A stretch of DNA of 64,000 nt, taken from contig CM119270.1 in the NCBI GenBank assembly GCA_051294375.1, forward strand, positions 17,606,893 to 17,670,892, written 5' to 3'. The notes below the pieces were generated by a model. It did no database searches. It saw nothing but the letters and a program-made list of their open reading frames with translations, and was not told the origin of the DNA. A program made the translations under genes and the position numbers. Of this stretch, positions 50,304 through 64,000 are shown piece by piece. How positions within the stretch are numbered: the first letter of the stretch is position 1; each line of letters begins with the position of its first letter. The DNA is from Paraspadella gotoi. Taxonomy: Eukaryota; Animalia; Chaetognatha.

Positions 50304-53300
50304 GTGATCGTTTCGAGAAAACCGTCGATTGGATGCAAGCAAGACTTAAATAGTTATTTTTTGTCAAATGTTATTTAACATGATATTTGATAAAAATTCA
50401 AGTTTCTGAGAAAATTATTAACGATCTCGCTTGCAGACCTGACGCCATCCTTGTCGCCGCGTCTTTTAGCGTTTCTTTCGTAAATCCCCTACCGAACTCT
50501 TACCCACAAGGCCCAAAACCAGGCCGACCCACAAGGCCGACCACGCCGCCCCACACCGCCCCACGCCCCACGCCCCACGCCCCACGCCCAACCCTAACCT
50601 TCGGCCATCGTCACTTCACAGCAAGTTTTTCCCCGCCTTATTTTTTTTTCGCACCGTCCCGGGTTTTTTTTCGCGAGCGATTCTCAAAGACGAAGAGAGG
50701 GCGGAGAGAGAGCGGGCAGAAAAAATGATTAACGAGGGAGAGAGAGAGATGTGCGAATCCAGCCCTTTGCGTGCGAGCGTGCACAAAACTGCGCGCATTG
50801 AAGAAGTCTAATGACGGTCGTCAAACTTTTTTGAAAAAATAAAAGATAAAAAGTGAGAAATAATGAAAAAAAACGACGTAATTCTGTGATGACTTGAAAA
50901 GTATTAAAAAAGAAAAAAAGGAAAAGAAAAAAGGAAAAAAAATCCAATTTCATTCGGCGAAAAAGAAAAAAAATATCTTGCGATGGATGAACGATCGAGC
51001 GAAAGGAATCGATGAACAATAAAAAGGGACAACGGACAGAAGGACTAACGGACACTAAACGGACGAAAAAACAAAACGCGAAATGGATTCCGTGTGAATT
51101 CTTGAAAAATGAACTACGCGCCTTCCTAACCCCTCACCACATCGATTTCCTCACCCGCTCGCCTTCACAGCCGCTACTAAACGGCGAAGTCTCTGTGAAT
51201 CTGAAGTGAATCTTTGTGAATCTGCGGGAATCTCCCGATCCGGACGACGACGAAACGTCGACGACGACGAAAGTCGTCCAAAGAAATCCGATAGTAGAAG
51301 GAAATCGAGAAAAGGAAAAAAAAACTCTTCTCTTCTCCAAAAAAGGGAATAAAAGGAAAAAAAGGGGAAGGAAAAAAGGGGTAAAAGAGAATAAAAAAGA
51401 TAAAAGAAAACTCAAAAAAGGGATAAAAGGGAAGAAAAAGGAGAAAGAAGAAAGGGATAAAAAGGGTAGAAAAAAGTATAAAAAGGGAAGAGGATCAAAA
51501 AGGGCGGTTTAAATGAGAAAAGAACTGGAGGGGAAAAAAAATAAAGGGAGCACAACAGAATAATGGATGAAATTAAAAAAAAAGTAAAAAGAAAGACAAA
51601 AGTAAGAATTTGAAAGAGAACCGATAGTACGGTTAGAGGGCAAAAGAGAAGAGGTCCGAACTTTGCATCGTTCATCGAAACAAACCCACTGTAGAAAAAG
51701 GATAGGAAAAAAAAAAAACAAATAGAAGATAAAAAAAAACTAGAGAGCGAGAAGAGAAGCCCCTTTTAAAAAGTCCGGGGTCGTCGGAAAAAAAGACAAA
51801 AACCAAAAACAATAATAAAAAGAAAGAAAAAAAGAAAAAATAAAAGGGTAAAACAAAAGGAAACGGGACTGACGAAAAAAAAGAAATTGGAGGAAGACAC
51901 AATTTTCTTCTTTTCTCTGCGAAAAAAAAACAAAAGAAATTCGTTGGAGTCGATATTGCTAATAATAATAAAATGAAAGAAAGAAACTAAAGACAAATAT
52001 CCAATAATAATCCAACAAAAAGCGAGCAACAGCGCCACGAATTAGAACAACAAAAACCAAAGAGTTTCCTCCTTCGCCAACCGCGGAAAATCTGTTAAAA
52101 ATCGTTTCGACGAAAAAAAAAAAAAGAAAAGAAAGAAAGAAAGTTTTCTTTTTTTTTTTTCCTCCTCGCGCCCCATAAACGAAAGAAAAAAAATGCTTTC
52201 ATCAGCGTTCGAGAACCGGAAAGAGAGTAGAGTAATAGGAAGAGAGAAGAGAGTAAAAGAGAGGAAAGTAAAAAGAGAAGAGAAGATAAGCCAAAGAGCA
52301 GAGGAATAAAAAAATCCGAGAGCGTTAAGGGGACGATCAAAATCCGTCGCGCGGAGAAGTTTTTAAAAAGGGGAAGTCGAGAAGCAAAGAAAATATATAC
52401 GAGTGAAAAAATTTTAAAAAAGGCTAAAAATTTTAAAAAAAATTATTTTTGGATATATATAACTAACAAAAAAAGGCTCGCGATTGAATTGGATTGTGGG
52501 AATTCCTAATCCAAAACAATAATCGTTAGAAAAATATACTGCGAAACAAAACCATTCTGGATTTTATTAAAAACATAAATCATCAAGTTTCTTCGTCCTC
52601 ACGCTAACAAAAAATAAATAAATAACTAATAAAAAAGCTATAAATACAAGTGAAACGTTCATTTCAAAAGTTAATATAAAAAATTAAAAAAACCCAAGCC
52701 AATTCAATTCGAATTCGTCTCTTCCAAAGAAACGCAACCGACAAAATGCCCCTCTCTGCCACCGCATTTTTCTTCGTCTCTCTTCTCTATCTGTCTCAAG
52801 TCATTTTTTCGTCTCTCTCTCTCTATTCTGTCTCCGCGTCTTAAACGTGGGTTTTATCGATACGTAGCAGCAGCCAACACCCTAAACCCCGCCAAACCCC
52901 CCCCAATAAAAAAATATATATATTCCGCTCCGTCATAAACGATAATAACTTTAAGGTTGTTTGTTTGTTTATTTTCTCTGCTAATTTCTGTTCCGTTTGT
53001 TTACGATTTTAACCGTCTGTAGCTATCGTCGGACTCGTAATTCTTTCCCGTGTCACGTGACTCTTAATCGTCCACGTTTTTTTTTTTTTTACCAAAAAAT
53101 AAAAAAATAAAAAACTATTGTAAACATTTTTAAAAAACTTTATGACGAAAAAAAATTAAACGATAACCGAACGCGCCTTCCGGGAAATTGACTCGGAAAC
53201 AAAAGGACGAAAACAAATCGAAAGTAAAAGAAACGTAACGAAACAACAATTTTTTTGTTTTTTTTTTCTCGACGCATGCTTTTTCTTTTATAAACAAGAA

Positions 53301-55093
53301 CGCGAAGAAAGAAATGTTTTGAAATTAAGGAAAAACAAAGGCAAAACAAAACAACAAAAAATAAAAAAACACAAAAACTATAAAGCTTCTTGTTCGCAAG
53401 TTTTAATCTCAAAGTCTAGCAACAAACAATTAATCGATTATCCTAAGTCAAAAATTAAAAAGACGAAAAAAAAAAAAAATTAACTCAAAGTAAGTTAAGA
53501 AAAAAAACAATCTTGGAAGAAAATTAATCGTCCATCAAAGTCCACGGACTCTCACATTTGTTTCGTGACTCTTCACCGAACTCGCGTGAAATTGTCTCGA
53601 TCCCGGCGTCCTTGTGAAAACCAAACCAAAAAAACACAAACGCAAAAAAAACGAACCAAAGTACAATAAAGTACATTGAATATACGAGAAATCGACTATC
53701 GGACGGATTAAATTTACCTATTCCTCTTGCTGACAAAAAGGCATTCGATTGATAATTTTCAAATCCCAAAAGTGCTCGACACAATATTTTGTCTCACTAG
53801 TCCCCGGTCCAAGGGCCGAACAAAGGAAAAAAAAAAACCAAAAAGACAAATGCTTAACTCGCGAAAAAAACAACAAAAAACAAAACTAAATTCGTTGATT
53901 TCAGAGAAAGAATTAAACTTAAAGAAATTATAAACACACACACACACACACAAAAAGCCGTTTCCTCTTTTGAATTCGTGTTCGAGTACACACACGACGT
54001 AAAAAACTAAACGAAATAAAATTCCGTGGTGTGAACTAAGAATTGAAAAAAATTAACGTATAAACCGAGAGAAGACGAAAATATCGATATTTTTTAAAAA
54101 AATAGGCAGATCCGGCCAACATAATATGCCGCATAAATATTAATATTAATAGCTCGATACCAAATATATATAATATATAGCCGCTTGCCACAGCACTCTC
54201 GCTTGACGACACACGGTTCAAATTTCTTTTTTTTTTTTGCCCCATTGATTTCGTTTCGTTTTGATTTTTAACAAGCACGCTGCCTTGCATAATCATTTTT
54301 CGCATCTTGTCGCAAAAAGAAAAGTCCGACTGGCTACCTAAAACTTTCGGACGCGATCTTATTTTAGTTATAAATTGTATCGGATCGTTCAAATATACAT
54401 TTCTTTCGTCAGGCTTTTCATTAAATATGAACGAACCGGAATTTGTTTATGATAAACTTTCTTTGTTCAAAATCAAACGCTTATTAAAAAAAAAATACCA
54501 AAAAAAAAACAACAAACTAAATAAGCAAACAAAAAGTCTACTAACCGCTTTGCATCGCAAAAAAACAAAAACAAAAAAATCTGCTATAAAAAAATAAAAT
54601 AATCGAGAATCCGAGAACCTCACTAAATCGTTTGGCGAGATTTCACGAATAAAAAATCAACCTGGCAAACGGAAATATAAACAAAAAGACAAGAAAAAAC
54701 CGACCCTGAAGAAAAAAAAACACTAAGGGGTCGACGTATTTGTTCGCATTTCTGATGTTTTCACTCGTTAAGACAACTAGGAACCGCCACCAGGGCTGTA
54801 AACTATCAACCTAAAAAAAAAAACAAAAACAAAAGCCCCCAAGCATATAAAAGGGAAAAACGGCGGATTCGCGTTCGTGCCCGGAACCCCCAAAAAAGGG
54901 TCCGAAAATGTCGTAACCCCGCACCTTCCCGTAGAACGGACCCGTACTCACCCGAGTAAGGTTCGTCCTTACGAGGACACTGCCCAGACAATTACCTCAT
55001 ACAAACGCCAGCTTACTGCATCATTCCTGCTTTCAGGTGAGAAAAAGGTCAATTGCGAGGTTTGATAAATGGATTTAAAGAGAGAGAGAGAGA

Positions 55094-55155
<62 letters not shown>

Positions 55156-56762
55156 CAGAGAGAAGAGAGAGAGAGAGAGAGAGCAGAGAGAGAGAGAGAG
55201 AGAGACGTGAGTCTTTACAACTATTTCATCTTTGTTAATCCTTTGTTTAAATTTTCCTCGATTTTTTCGCAGGGACATCTGCCGTCGATCTTCATCCGCG
55301 CTGCTTGCCGCTCCATCACAATTAAAAGAAAAACAAATAAAAAAAAAGGATTCTTCATCGGCTACGTAGCTACTGCGCAAAAAAAAAAAACCAAATAAAT
55401 AAATAAACAAACCCCCTCCCCAAAAAAAAAAATATACTTACCTTCGTCATTAACGCAACTAGGCAGTAGTCGGTTTTAAAAAAAAATACAAACTTAAATG
55501 TTAACTTTACTCTTCGTGGTTGACTAAATAATCGTCTCTTTCCATTGGGTCTTGCTATCCTCGCTTTCCCTTCTGTCTTGTATTCGTGCACGCCCCCCCC
55601 CCAACCAAAAAAGATTGTTATTATTCCACTAGTTGCGTATGCAACGTCATCGTCCTAACGTAAAGAGAAGAAAAAGAAAAAATATTCCGTAGTTAATACT
55701 TAGTCGTACCCTCTAAATCGGAGTGTTAGAATGTAGAAAATATTTTCAAATAAACTGAACTAATTATTAACTAAAACAAAAAATAAAAATACAAAATTCG
55801 GTTAGAAACCGCTAACATCGCGAGTTGCTCTCTCTCATCTTTCTCTCCCGACAATTTTACTCTCGAATAAATAATCGTTTTCCTTTCAAAAACTAAAAAG
55901 AAAAAAAAACTCTCGAATAATAAAAAAGAAAAAAATAGTAAAAGTGGAGAAAAGCGAAAAATATTGGCTTTCGCGACTTTGTGACCTTGGAGCATAAAAA
56001 CGAACCTCACCTCTTCACATCGCACTCACTACCCTTTTTTTCTCTCTCTCATCTCTCTCGATTTTATTCTTCGCAAGTCTCGCGCCGGCGACGAACGACC
56101 TTCCAGTTTTTTTTTTACGAAGGTGAGTTGTCCGGTCGTGTTGTCGTCGATCGGCGTTGGTCGTTGTTGTTGTGATTTTGTGCGAATCATTCGTGAGTCA
56201 TGGTAATGCCATGTGAATGGATTGTGAATGACGAAAATGGTCGTTTTCACGCCTCGGTGACCCAAAAGCTTAAGCGTCCTAGGCTTTCTTTCTTTTATAA
56301 GTCGTAAGGTTGAAGCTTCCGGTTTCTAAAATCAATTCCACTCAATTTTTATTTATTTTTTTTTATTCCATTATTTATTTTCTGGTTTTATTGAAAAATC
56401 GATGAATCGTGAAAACGAAATCCCAGTTTCACACGATTCGTTTTTTGTTTTTTTTGTTAAAGAAAAAAAATTTAAAAAAGGCAATAATATCAAAGTTTAA
56501 ACATTATTTGTAATTTAAAAATAAACCTGTGAGTGACCAATGAACATCACAACTATTGGTGAAGATGTTCGATTACCCAATCTGTTCTATTTTAGGACTA
56601 TTCACTAGCGTTTTCATACAGAATTATTTATGAGCAATAAATTGGATTTTATATTCAGGATTAAATTCAGGATTGATGATGACCAAAATCTGTTGGAACT
56701 GAACACATCAAAGGAAGAAAAATTTTTTTGGTTATATCTATTGTCGGAAAAGAGAAGAGAGA

Positions 56763-56804
<42 letters not shown>

Positions 56805-57919
56805 AAAGAGAGATGCGATAGGCGGAATAGAGATACTAAAGTGCTCATTTATTTGACCCTATTAATCTCAAACAGTTTATACTGGAATGCCAATTAGATT
56901 TCCTAAATCTAATACAGAGAAAATAGTGGTAATTTCCCCTTAAACCTTTTTTTCCAATCTTTCCACAGGACGTTTTCCGCATCTCGGCCGCAGCAATATC
57001 CGCCAATATTCTCAGCAAGCAGCAGCATTTCTTCCTCTTGCCTTCAATCGTCCGCTTGCCTCGAAACCGCCGGGTTTTGCCGCCAATTGCAGCAACACCT
57101 TGTCCTTCTCTCTCACCCACTTGAACCTTGTTTATTATTTTTTTTTTGTTCGTCGAAACTTCGCAATTTGATTTGCGGAGAATCAAGTTTTGATTATTCG
57201 TCTTTGCAATCAAAGAAACTGAGAAGTAAAGTTTAAACGTGCCAAAAAAAACCCCTATAATTTACTTATTTATAAACATTATTTTAAGCGGATTTTTTAA
57301 TATTTTCATTTTGCAGCATTCCTACACTACGCTCTGCTTTGCAGAAAACGTTCCACAACACAAGGGAGCAATCCCAATAGAATGCAATTAAATTCCAACC
57401 TTCCTTTTAATTTTACCTTCATTTCCTTATTTTTTTTTATAAACATAAGCCCTTTTTATTCATTGAACTTACTGCGAGCAACGCTTTACAATTATCTACC
57501 GGGTAGAAACTTTATCGAAGTTACTCCATAGACAAATTTCGCTTGGAATAACGAATTACCTAGACAATAAAAAGACGTCTATCAAACAGATCAAATTCCG
57601 AAATAAAAACAAAAGATCAGAAACTTGGCCAAATCAGCGAGTCGACCCTTCGTTTGAGCGTTCGCTGTAAGGTCAAGGAAAAGTTTTTGTTTACCCAAAA
57701 ATTAAACAAAAACAATCGAAAAGGAAAAACGAAAACAAACAAAAACAACACCCTCTTTTAATTAAAAAAAACCCTTCAAGATTTGAAAGAATCCTTTGAT
57801 AAAAAAAGTTTAAAAAAACCCAACCCTACAACCCCTTTAAAATACACTCCGCCAAGAAACAAACACGCTTAGTGCATCAAACAAACCAACACAACAACAA
57901 CAACGACCAAAAAAAAATC

Positions 57920-58148
57920 ATGGGGAAGAGGCGGGAAAAAGAGCGAGGCCCGGGCAGCAACGAACGTCGGCAGGCAAAGCCAGCGGCGCGGGCGGGAACG
58001 TCAAAAGCGGGCAAAAATGCCGTCGAAGGGAAGCAGGGATTCGTCTAACGCGAACCCGAGCGAGGTGGGCCACAACCACAGTCATCGCCACCGCCGAAAG
58101 ATGGGAGAACAGAACTAGTCGGATATCGGCCGTCCTACGGAGCGCATG
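57920..58148 (+). CDS. First coding exon, copy 4 (indel-disrupted)
   Basis: Same ATG context and gtgagt donor as the other copies. Confidence 0.5.
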
Positions 58149-59272
58149 GTGAGTTAAGGGGGTTTGGGTGGGTTGGGGAAAGTAGTTGGTCGAGGAGTGG
58201 GTCGAGGGTGGTTGAATTTGATTGTGGTTTGATTTGATTTTTGGTTTGATTTGATTTGATTTGAATTTGATTTGATTTGATTTGATTTGATTGATTTAGA
58301 TTTGCATTTGATTTGAATTTGATTTGATTTGATTGATTTAGATTTGATTTAGATTTGATTTAATATAAATTATGAATGATATGATGATGATATGATATGA
58401 TAAATGATCTGATTTGATTTGATTTAGATCTGAAATTTAGATTTAATTTGAATTTGATTTGATTTGATTTAGATTTGATTTGATTTGGATTTTGATTTGA
58501 TTTGGATTTTGAATTTTGATTTGATTGATTTTGAATTGATTTGAATTGGTTTTGAATTGAGTTATTTGAAGTGATGTTTGATTTTGGAATGAATTTGATT
58601 TGATTTGGTGATTTAGTTAATGATGAAATGATATGCCGAATAAATTGGATGAATCAATGAATTTCGATCAAGAGTAATGAATTCAAAGAATGATTCGCAT
58701 TTTTCCGTACACGTTTTTAACCGTTTGTGACAATAGTAAATTTTTATGCTCGTATCTTTTTCGAGCACGTCAAATATTTTAAGGCTAAAAACTAAATTTT
58801 ATTCTCGGCACGAGCGATCACCGGCGGGGCACTTGTCAGCGTAGCGTTGATTGCTTACGTGCTTGTCGCAGTACTCAACTTGTGGCCTTGGTCGGCGTAA
58901 TTGGCTTGTTAATCATGCATGGCTTGTCATCGTACGTGCTAAGCGCGCGCGAACTTCGAAACGGAACTCCAAACGTTTTCGCCCTTGCGTCCAAGTCTTG
59001 ACGTTTCTCTCGCTTGATTGACGCTTCGATCGTCGGTTTTTAGTCAGGGAAAAAGAATCGCTGATTGGCTGAAGGAAAAAAAGAAAATATTTTATGACGG
59101 CTCCGCGGGCGAAATGGATATTGATATCAATTTAACCGGCTTCGTCGATGTCGTCATTAATGTAGTTCTAAAATTGGTATTTGTTCAAATTCGTTTAGTA
59201 AATGATAAAAAAAATATGATGAACTATGAATGAGATGTGCGGAAGGAAAATTAGGAAAAAAAACCGAGCGAG

Positions 59273-59321
<49 letters not shown>

Positions 59322-59324
59322 GAG

Positions 59325-59359
<35 letters not shown>

Positions 59360-61980
59360 GAACTGTAACCTGCCTCTACGAGAGATAAAGATTCGATTTG
59401 ATGGATTCGTAAGTCACAATTTTCCGCGATCGGTGATTGACAATTCACTGTACATCGGTGTCATAGTGGCGGCCCTTCACTTCACCGGTTGATAAGAAGG
59501 TGAATAATTGATGATACGCATAACTCTCTTTTCGCTGATGAAAGAAACGACTTTGAGTTCTATCCTTTTAAAAAAAAACATCATTTTCCACTTAGTGACA
59601 AATATAAAAGTTTTATAAGACTTTTCCACGGTGACAATCGCCGACAAACGACCACTGACAGTGACGGCCGACGTCCCTGGTTTTGAACAGTGACACGAGA
59701 AGCAGTCCGCACCAGAACTTGGCGTGAACAGTTTTTCGAAATTGACGAGTGGTCGTCATCTTAAAACGACTGTCGCTTCTGAAAAGAACGATCGGGCCTA
59801 TCTTGAACGAAAGTGCCGGCCATCTTGAAACGAACTGTCCCAGCCATCTGGGGAACATCGGTCGGCCATCTTGAAAGCAACGGTCACCATTCTTCCCACT
59901 CGTTGGCCGGGTACCGTTTAGGAGAACGCGAACCGCGGCCCCTATTTCGGGGGAAAAAATTGCGTTCATCAGGTGCGAATAAAAGACTAATCGGGCGAAA
60001 AGAAAATGCTTCGGCTACCCTTTTTCTTTTTCCAATGGTTTTTTTCTTTTTTCAATGGAATCAGAGAATTCGCTTCTAAGTTCATGCGGTTTACAGTACA
60101 ATTATATTTCCCTTTTTTTCCTTTTCTGTTGATATGGTTTTGCCAACCTTCCATTTCCTAACTTAAATTTCGGAGTCGCTAATGGGCAACTTGGTTAAGT
60201 CGATTTGGGTGCAGACGAAACGTGTCAGTTGCATGCGAATAGTCTCTACGCGTTTTCACGTAGTTCCATTCACTTTCACATTTTCGTTTGTGATCGGAAT
60301 AATTTTTTGTAAGTTTCGAGCAATCTAATTTTAGCGAGAGAGATAATGAGCCTGTAGCCTTTCTGATGGCCTAGTTTCTCCACTGGTTATTTCTTACTTT
60401 AAAGATACGTTCTGTATAAAATTATTATAATAATGGATTGTAAAAGTTAAGGAGTGTAGTTCGCTTCTTCATCTTGATTAACCGCCCTGCCAAATATTCC
60501 GATATACTTTTCGGGCCCCTCATCTTCGCCCTCATCTTCGCCGCTCATCTTGCGGCCGCTCGACGGGGCGAATTTCGCGCGAAGGCGAAGACGAAATCCT
60601 TAGGGATTCGTCGTCGAGGAAAAAACGGCGAAAGTTTAATAGGAAAGTAACTTTTGAGGAGAAAGAAAACACATCAGTAATCCGGGGTGCGGCATTAGTA
60701 ATCAACATTAAGCAATCAAACATTAAGCATTAAGTACCAGTAATCGGACATCAGCCTTGAGCATCAGCGTCGGCAATCAACCAATCAAACAGCAGTATGA
60801 CAGTGAAAGAATGCATAAACTTATCATTCTTCTTTTTTCTTTATGTATACACAGATGGTTTGCCAAAGCAAATGGTAGAAAAAAACTTGCTGTCCTGCTT
60901 GATAGGTTGTTCATGATTCCAATTCCATATTTATAAAAAAATATTTTTAAATCTTTTGACGTCATTCGTTGATATCTTTTTTTTTCGTTCTTCTTGGGTA
61001 TTTTGCCTTCCTTCTTTGTTTGGCGTCGGCCAGGGTGAGGAAAATCTTTTAAATCGATTTTTTGATAAGATTCTTAGAAATCTAATCTGTCTGCTATCCC
61101 TTATTCCTTATTTCTCCGTCCAGCCCCCTCCGCCCCCTTATACTAAGCAAACTATAACTTTTGTACAATTCTTAATTTCGACTACTTCTCTTATTCTTCC
61201 TTCTTATTTCGACTATACCAACTTTTCCCTATCAATTATGTCTTTCCTCCTTGACAAATTCCTCCCCTTTCTATTCTCCCCTTTCCCTCCGCCCTTATTC
61301 TCTTCTCTCTCTCATTCTCTCGCTCTCTCTCTCTTCCTCTCTTCTCTCTCTCTCTCTCTTCTCTCCTCTCTCCTCTCTCTCTCTCTCTCTCTTCTCACTC
61401 TCTCTCTCCTCTTATGCGGGTTGATCTCATTTCCATGACCAGGGCTTTTTTGTTGTCTAAATTCAGAAGAAAGGCTCTTCGTCGACTTGATGTCGGTCTC
61501 CCTCGTCGTCATGAAACAACAAGTGACAACAAGAAGAGAGAAATGTAGTTTAGCGTCTAATTCGCGCCCTCGGTATCAGTTTTCGTTTCGCCTTCCCATT
61601 GAATTTTTCGAGTTTCGTATATTTCTCAGACTTCAACGAAAGCCCCAAAACTATTGACAAATTCACTCTTCGGTGGCAAAATTTAACAAATATCGACGTC
61701 TATCTTTGCCTTGTCTATCTTTGTCTATCTTAATCTAATCTAATCACCATCACAAAGACTAAGTAAAAAAAAAAAAAAAAAAAAAAAAAACGTTAAAAAA
61801 AACGGTGATTGTATTAAAACATTTAATTATCTTTTAAATTTTGAAAAACCGGACGTTAATTGAAGCTCTCCGAGATGATATAGTTTTTTGTTTTTTTGAG
61901 CTGGTGCCGTGTTGTGCCGATTCCGAAAACTCCGTCATTATAATAAAACACAACAAACAAAAACAAACACAGCAAACTGA

Positions 61981-62422
61981 TTAACAACTCGTCTGGCCCG
62001 TAGCCTTCCGATCCAGGGGCAGCAAAGCAGACCTGGCATACTTCGTATTCCTGCCTAGCCCGCCCTCTCCGATCCCCCGCAAGCGCCCCCCCCCCCCCCC
62101 TTCGTCCGCACTTTGAAAACCCCGGCGGCAACGGTCGGCAACCCGAGCGGGCCCTCATCCGGCTCCGTCCCCGGCGGGCAGCTCGCAAGTAATATCCGGC
62201 TAATCGGGGGCCTGCGAGCCCGAGGGGGCATCGGGGCACATGTCGACTGATTCGTCCCGTCGGGTGGTCGGTCGTCACTACGTGACCAATGGATCGAAGA
62301 AGGTGTGCGTTCGAATCTGCGCAACATGTGTCTCGGTCGTTTGGAGGAATGTAGACCTGAATCCTTTTTGTCGACAAAGTTGTTTCGTTTCGATTACAGG
62401 CGTCGGGGTTTCCAAGTTAAAT
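61981..62422 (-). CDS. Second, frameshifted copy of the Cys-rich terminal exon
   Basis: Same stop and acceptor as 47231-47604. CPPGTEPDEGPLG is retained. It has many indels and a poly-C-rich insertion at ~62050-62100. Confidence 0.6.
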
Positions 62423-62567
62423 CTGATCGAAAGGAAAGAAATTTAACCTTGTTATAAATACACGTAGTTAAATATTTTATTTGTACTTGATTCCTTAAAA
62501 AAATTAAAAATCTAGCTTTTTAAATTGAGATTTCAGGTGGGATCTACAGATTCCTTTCAATCAATAT

Positions 62568-63216
62568 TAGAGCGTAGTGAAAAGTTTACGAAAAGTTTCT
62601 AAATGTCAATTTTGAACAACATACCACCATCAAGTGAACATTAAATGTAGAAAAAATTTAATGTATTAATGTATTATGTAGAAAAATTAATTTTATGTCT
62701 TTATTTTTCCGCAGTAGGCTAATAATTTATATATAGTCTATCCTTATAAAATTGAGAAATATCAAAATAGGCTTTTTCCTTAATTTTGACTGAGATTTGA
62801 ATTCCTCGCCAAAAGTGAGGAAAAGAATATAAAATCATTTTTAAAAATTCCTTTCATTAAGTGGGTTAAAATTAATTTTATATATAAAATTTTAATTTTC
62901 AGCTTAAAATATAGGTTTTTTTTAAAAATTTGCTCGCAACTTAAGTAAAGAATTTTTAAAAAAGAGTTATAATTCTTTCATGACGAATCCAAATCTGCAA
63001 AAAAAAAATCTTAAACTATTTTGAAAATTTTATTAACATTTAATTGCATATGGCCGACTGCGTAAATTGTAAAATTTATTATAATTTTTTTAAATAGCAA
63101 ATAATGTTGATTAAATATAAATGTTGTTCGTCNNNNNNNNNNNNNNNNNNNNNNNNNTCGTTCCTCACTTTTAGAATTTTAATTAAAGTTAATTTTAAAA
63201 TTTTTACTACGCTTTA
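62568..63216. mobile_element. Duplicate copy of the hAT-like MITE (spans the 25-N gap); partial third copy at 63314-63811
   Basis: Same TIRs and the same ATCAATAT TSD (62560-62567, 63217-63224). This is the same insertion site, not an independent insertion. Confidence 0.75.
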
Positions 63217-64000
63217 ATCAATATATCATATTGTCATTTATCATCATCGTAAATATTAAGAGAAAAAACTTAAAATCATGAATTTTCTGAAATAAAAAAA
63301 AAGGAGAGATCACGTGAACATTAATTTGTAGAAAAATTAATTTAAGTTCTTTAATTTTCGCAGTAGGCTATATTTATATATAGTATTATCTTATAAAATT
63401 GAGAAATTTCAATAGGCTTTTCTTAATTTTGACTGCAGATTTGAATTCCTCGCCAAAAGTTGAGAAAAGAAAATATAAATTCATTTTTAAAAATTCTTTC
63501 ATTAAGTGGGTTAAAAATAAAAATTTAATATACAAAATTTTAATTTTCAGCTTAAAATATAGGTTTTTTAAAAATTTTCTCAAAACTTAATGAAAAGAAT
63601 TTTTAAAAAAGAGTTATATTTCTTTTTTTTTACTTTCATGACGAATCCAAATCTGCAAAAAAAAAATCTTAAAAAACTATTTTGAAATTTATTATTTAAA
63701 TTGTAAATTTATTATAAATTTTTTTATACATAAATGTTGATTAATATAATGTTGTTCGTCCTACTTTTAGAATTTTAATTAAAGTTATTTTAAATTTTTA
63801 CTAACGCTTTAATCAATATATCATATTGTCATTTAATCATCATCGTAAATATTAAGAGAAAAAACTTAAAATCATGAATTTTCTGAAATAAAAACAGACA
63901 ATTGCACATTAAGACAATAAGAAGATTAAACGATTAAACGATGAGTCATTGAGCAAGAAAAATGCACTAATGGCAACAAAAAATAAATTCAAACAATTAA

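Larger units (their letters stand above)
50304..63132 (+). repeat. Duplicated locus, copy 4 (equivalent to ~12056 onward and to 43568-~48257), insertion-rich
   Basis: Colinear with copy 3 and with 44649-48257. It has many single-base insertions. Confidence 0.95.

Overview
Eukaryotic (probably invertebrate animal) genomic scaffold: AT-rich, CpG not visibly depleted, dense in (GA)n/(CT)n, (GAC)n, (GATTT)n and poly-A/T tracts, with nine N-gaps, six of them exactly 25 N. About 50 kb of the window is four overlapping, indel-divergent copies of one locus (7441-20385, 20411-33083, 33109-44623 continuing through 44649-~48500, and 50304-63132). Identical end points, 25-N joins, homopolymer indels and two PacBio-adapter-like remnants suggest these copies are mostly long-read gap-filling artefacts, possibly from two haplotypes, rather than a true tandem array. 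Almost all ORFs in the supplied track are low-complexity artefacts. Supportable biology: (1) a plus-strand gene with a spliced, ATG-free 5' leader and a first coding exon starting MGKSGKKSGGG; (2) a minus-strand gene ending in an acidic plus Eph/TNFR-like cysteine-rich exon, whose upstream exon joins in phase only through an in-frame TGA; (3) a 574-bp fold-back MITE with TAG/TAA-start TIRs and an 8-bp TSD (hAT-like) in that gene's intron; (4) helically phased motif arrays (21-bp GCCATCTT/YY1-like units; 32-bp-spaced AATGGCAAAT); (5) several isolated candidate exons in the first 7 kb. No gene could be named, and I found no convincing wholly new biological system. The leads below are hypotheses.
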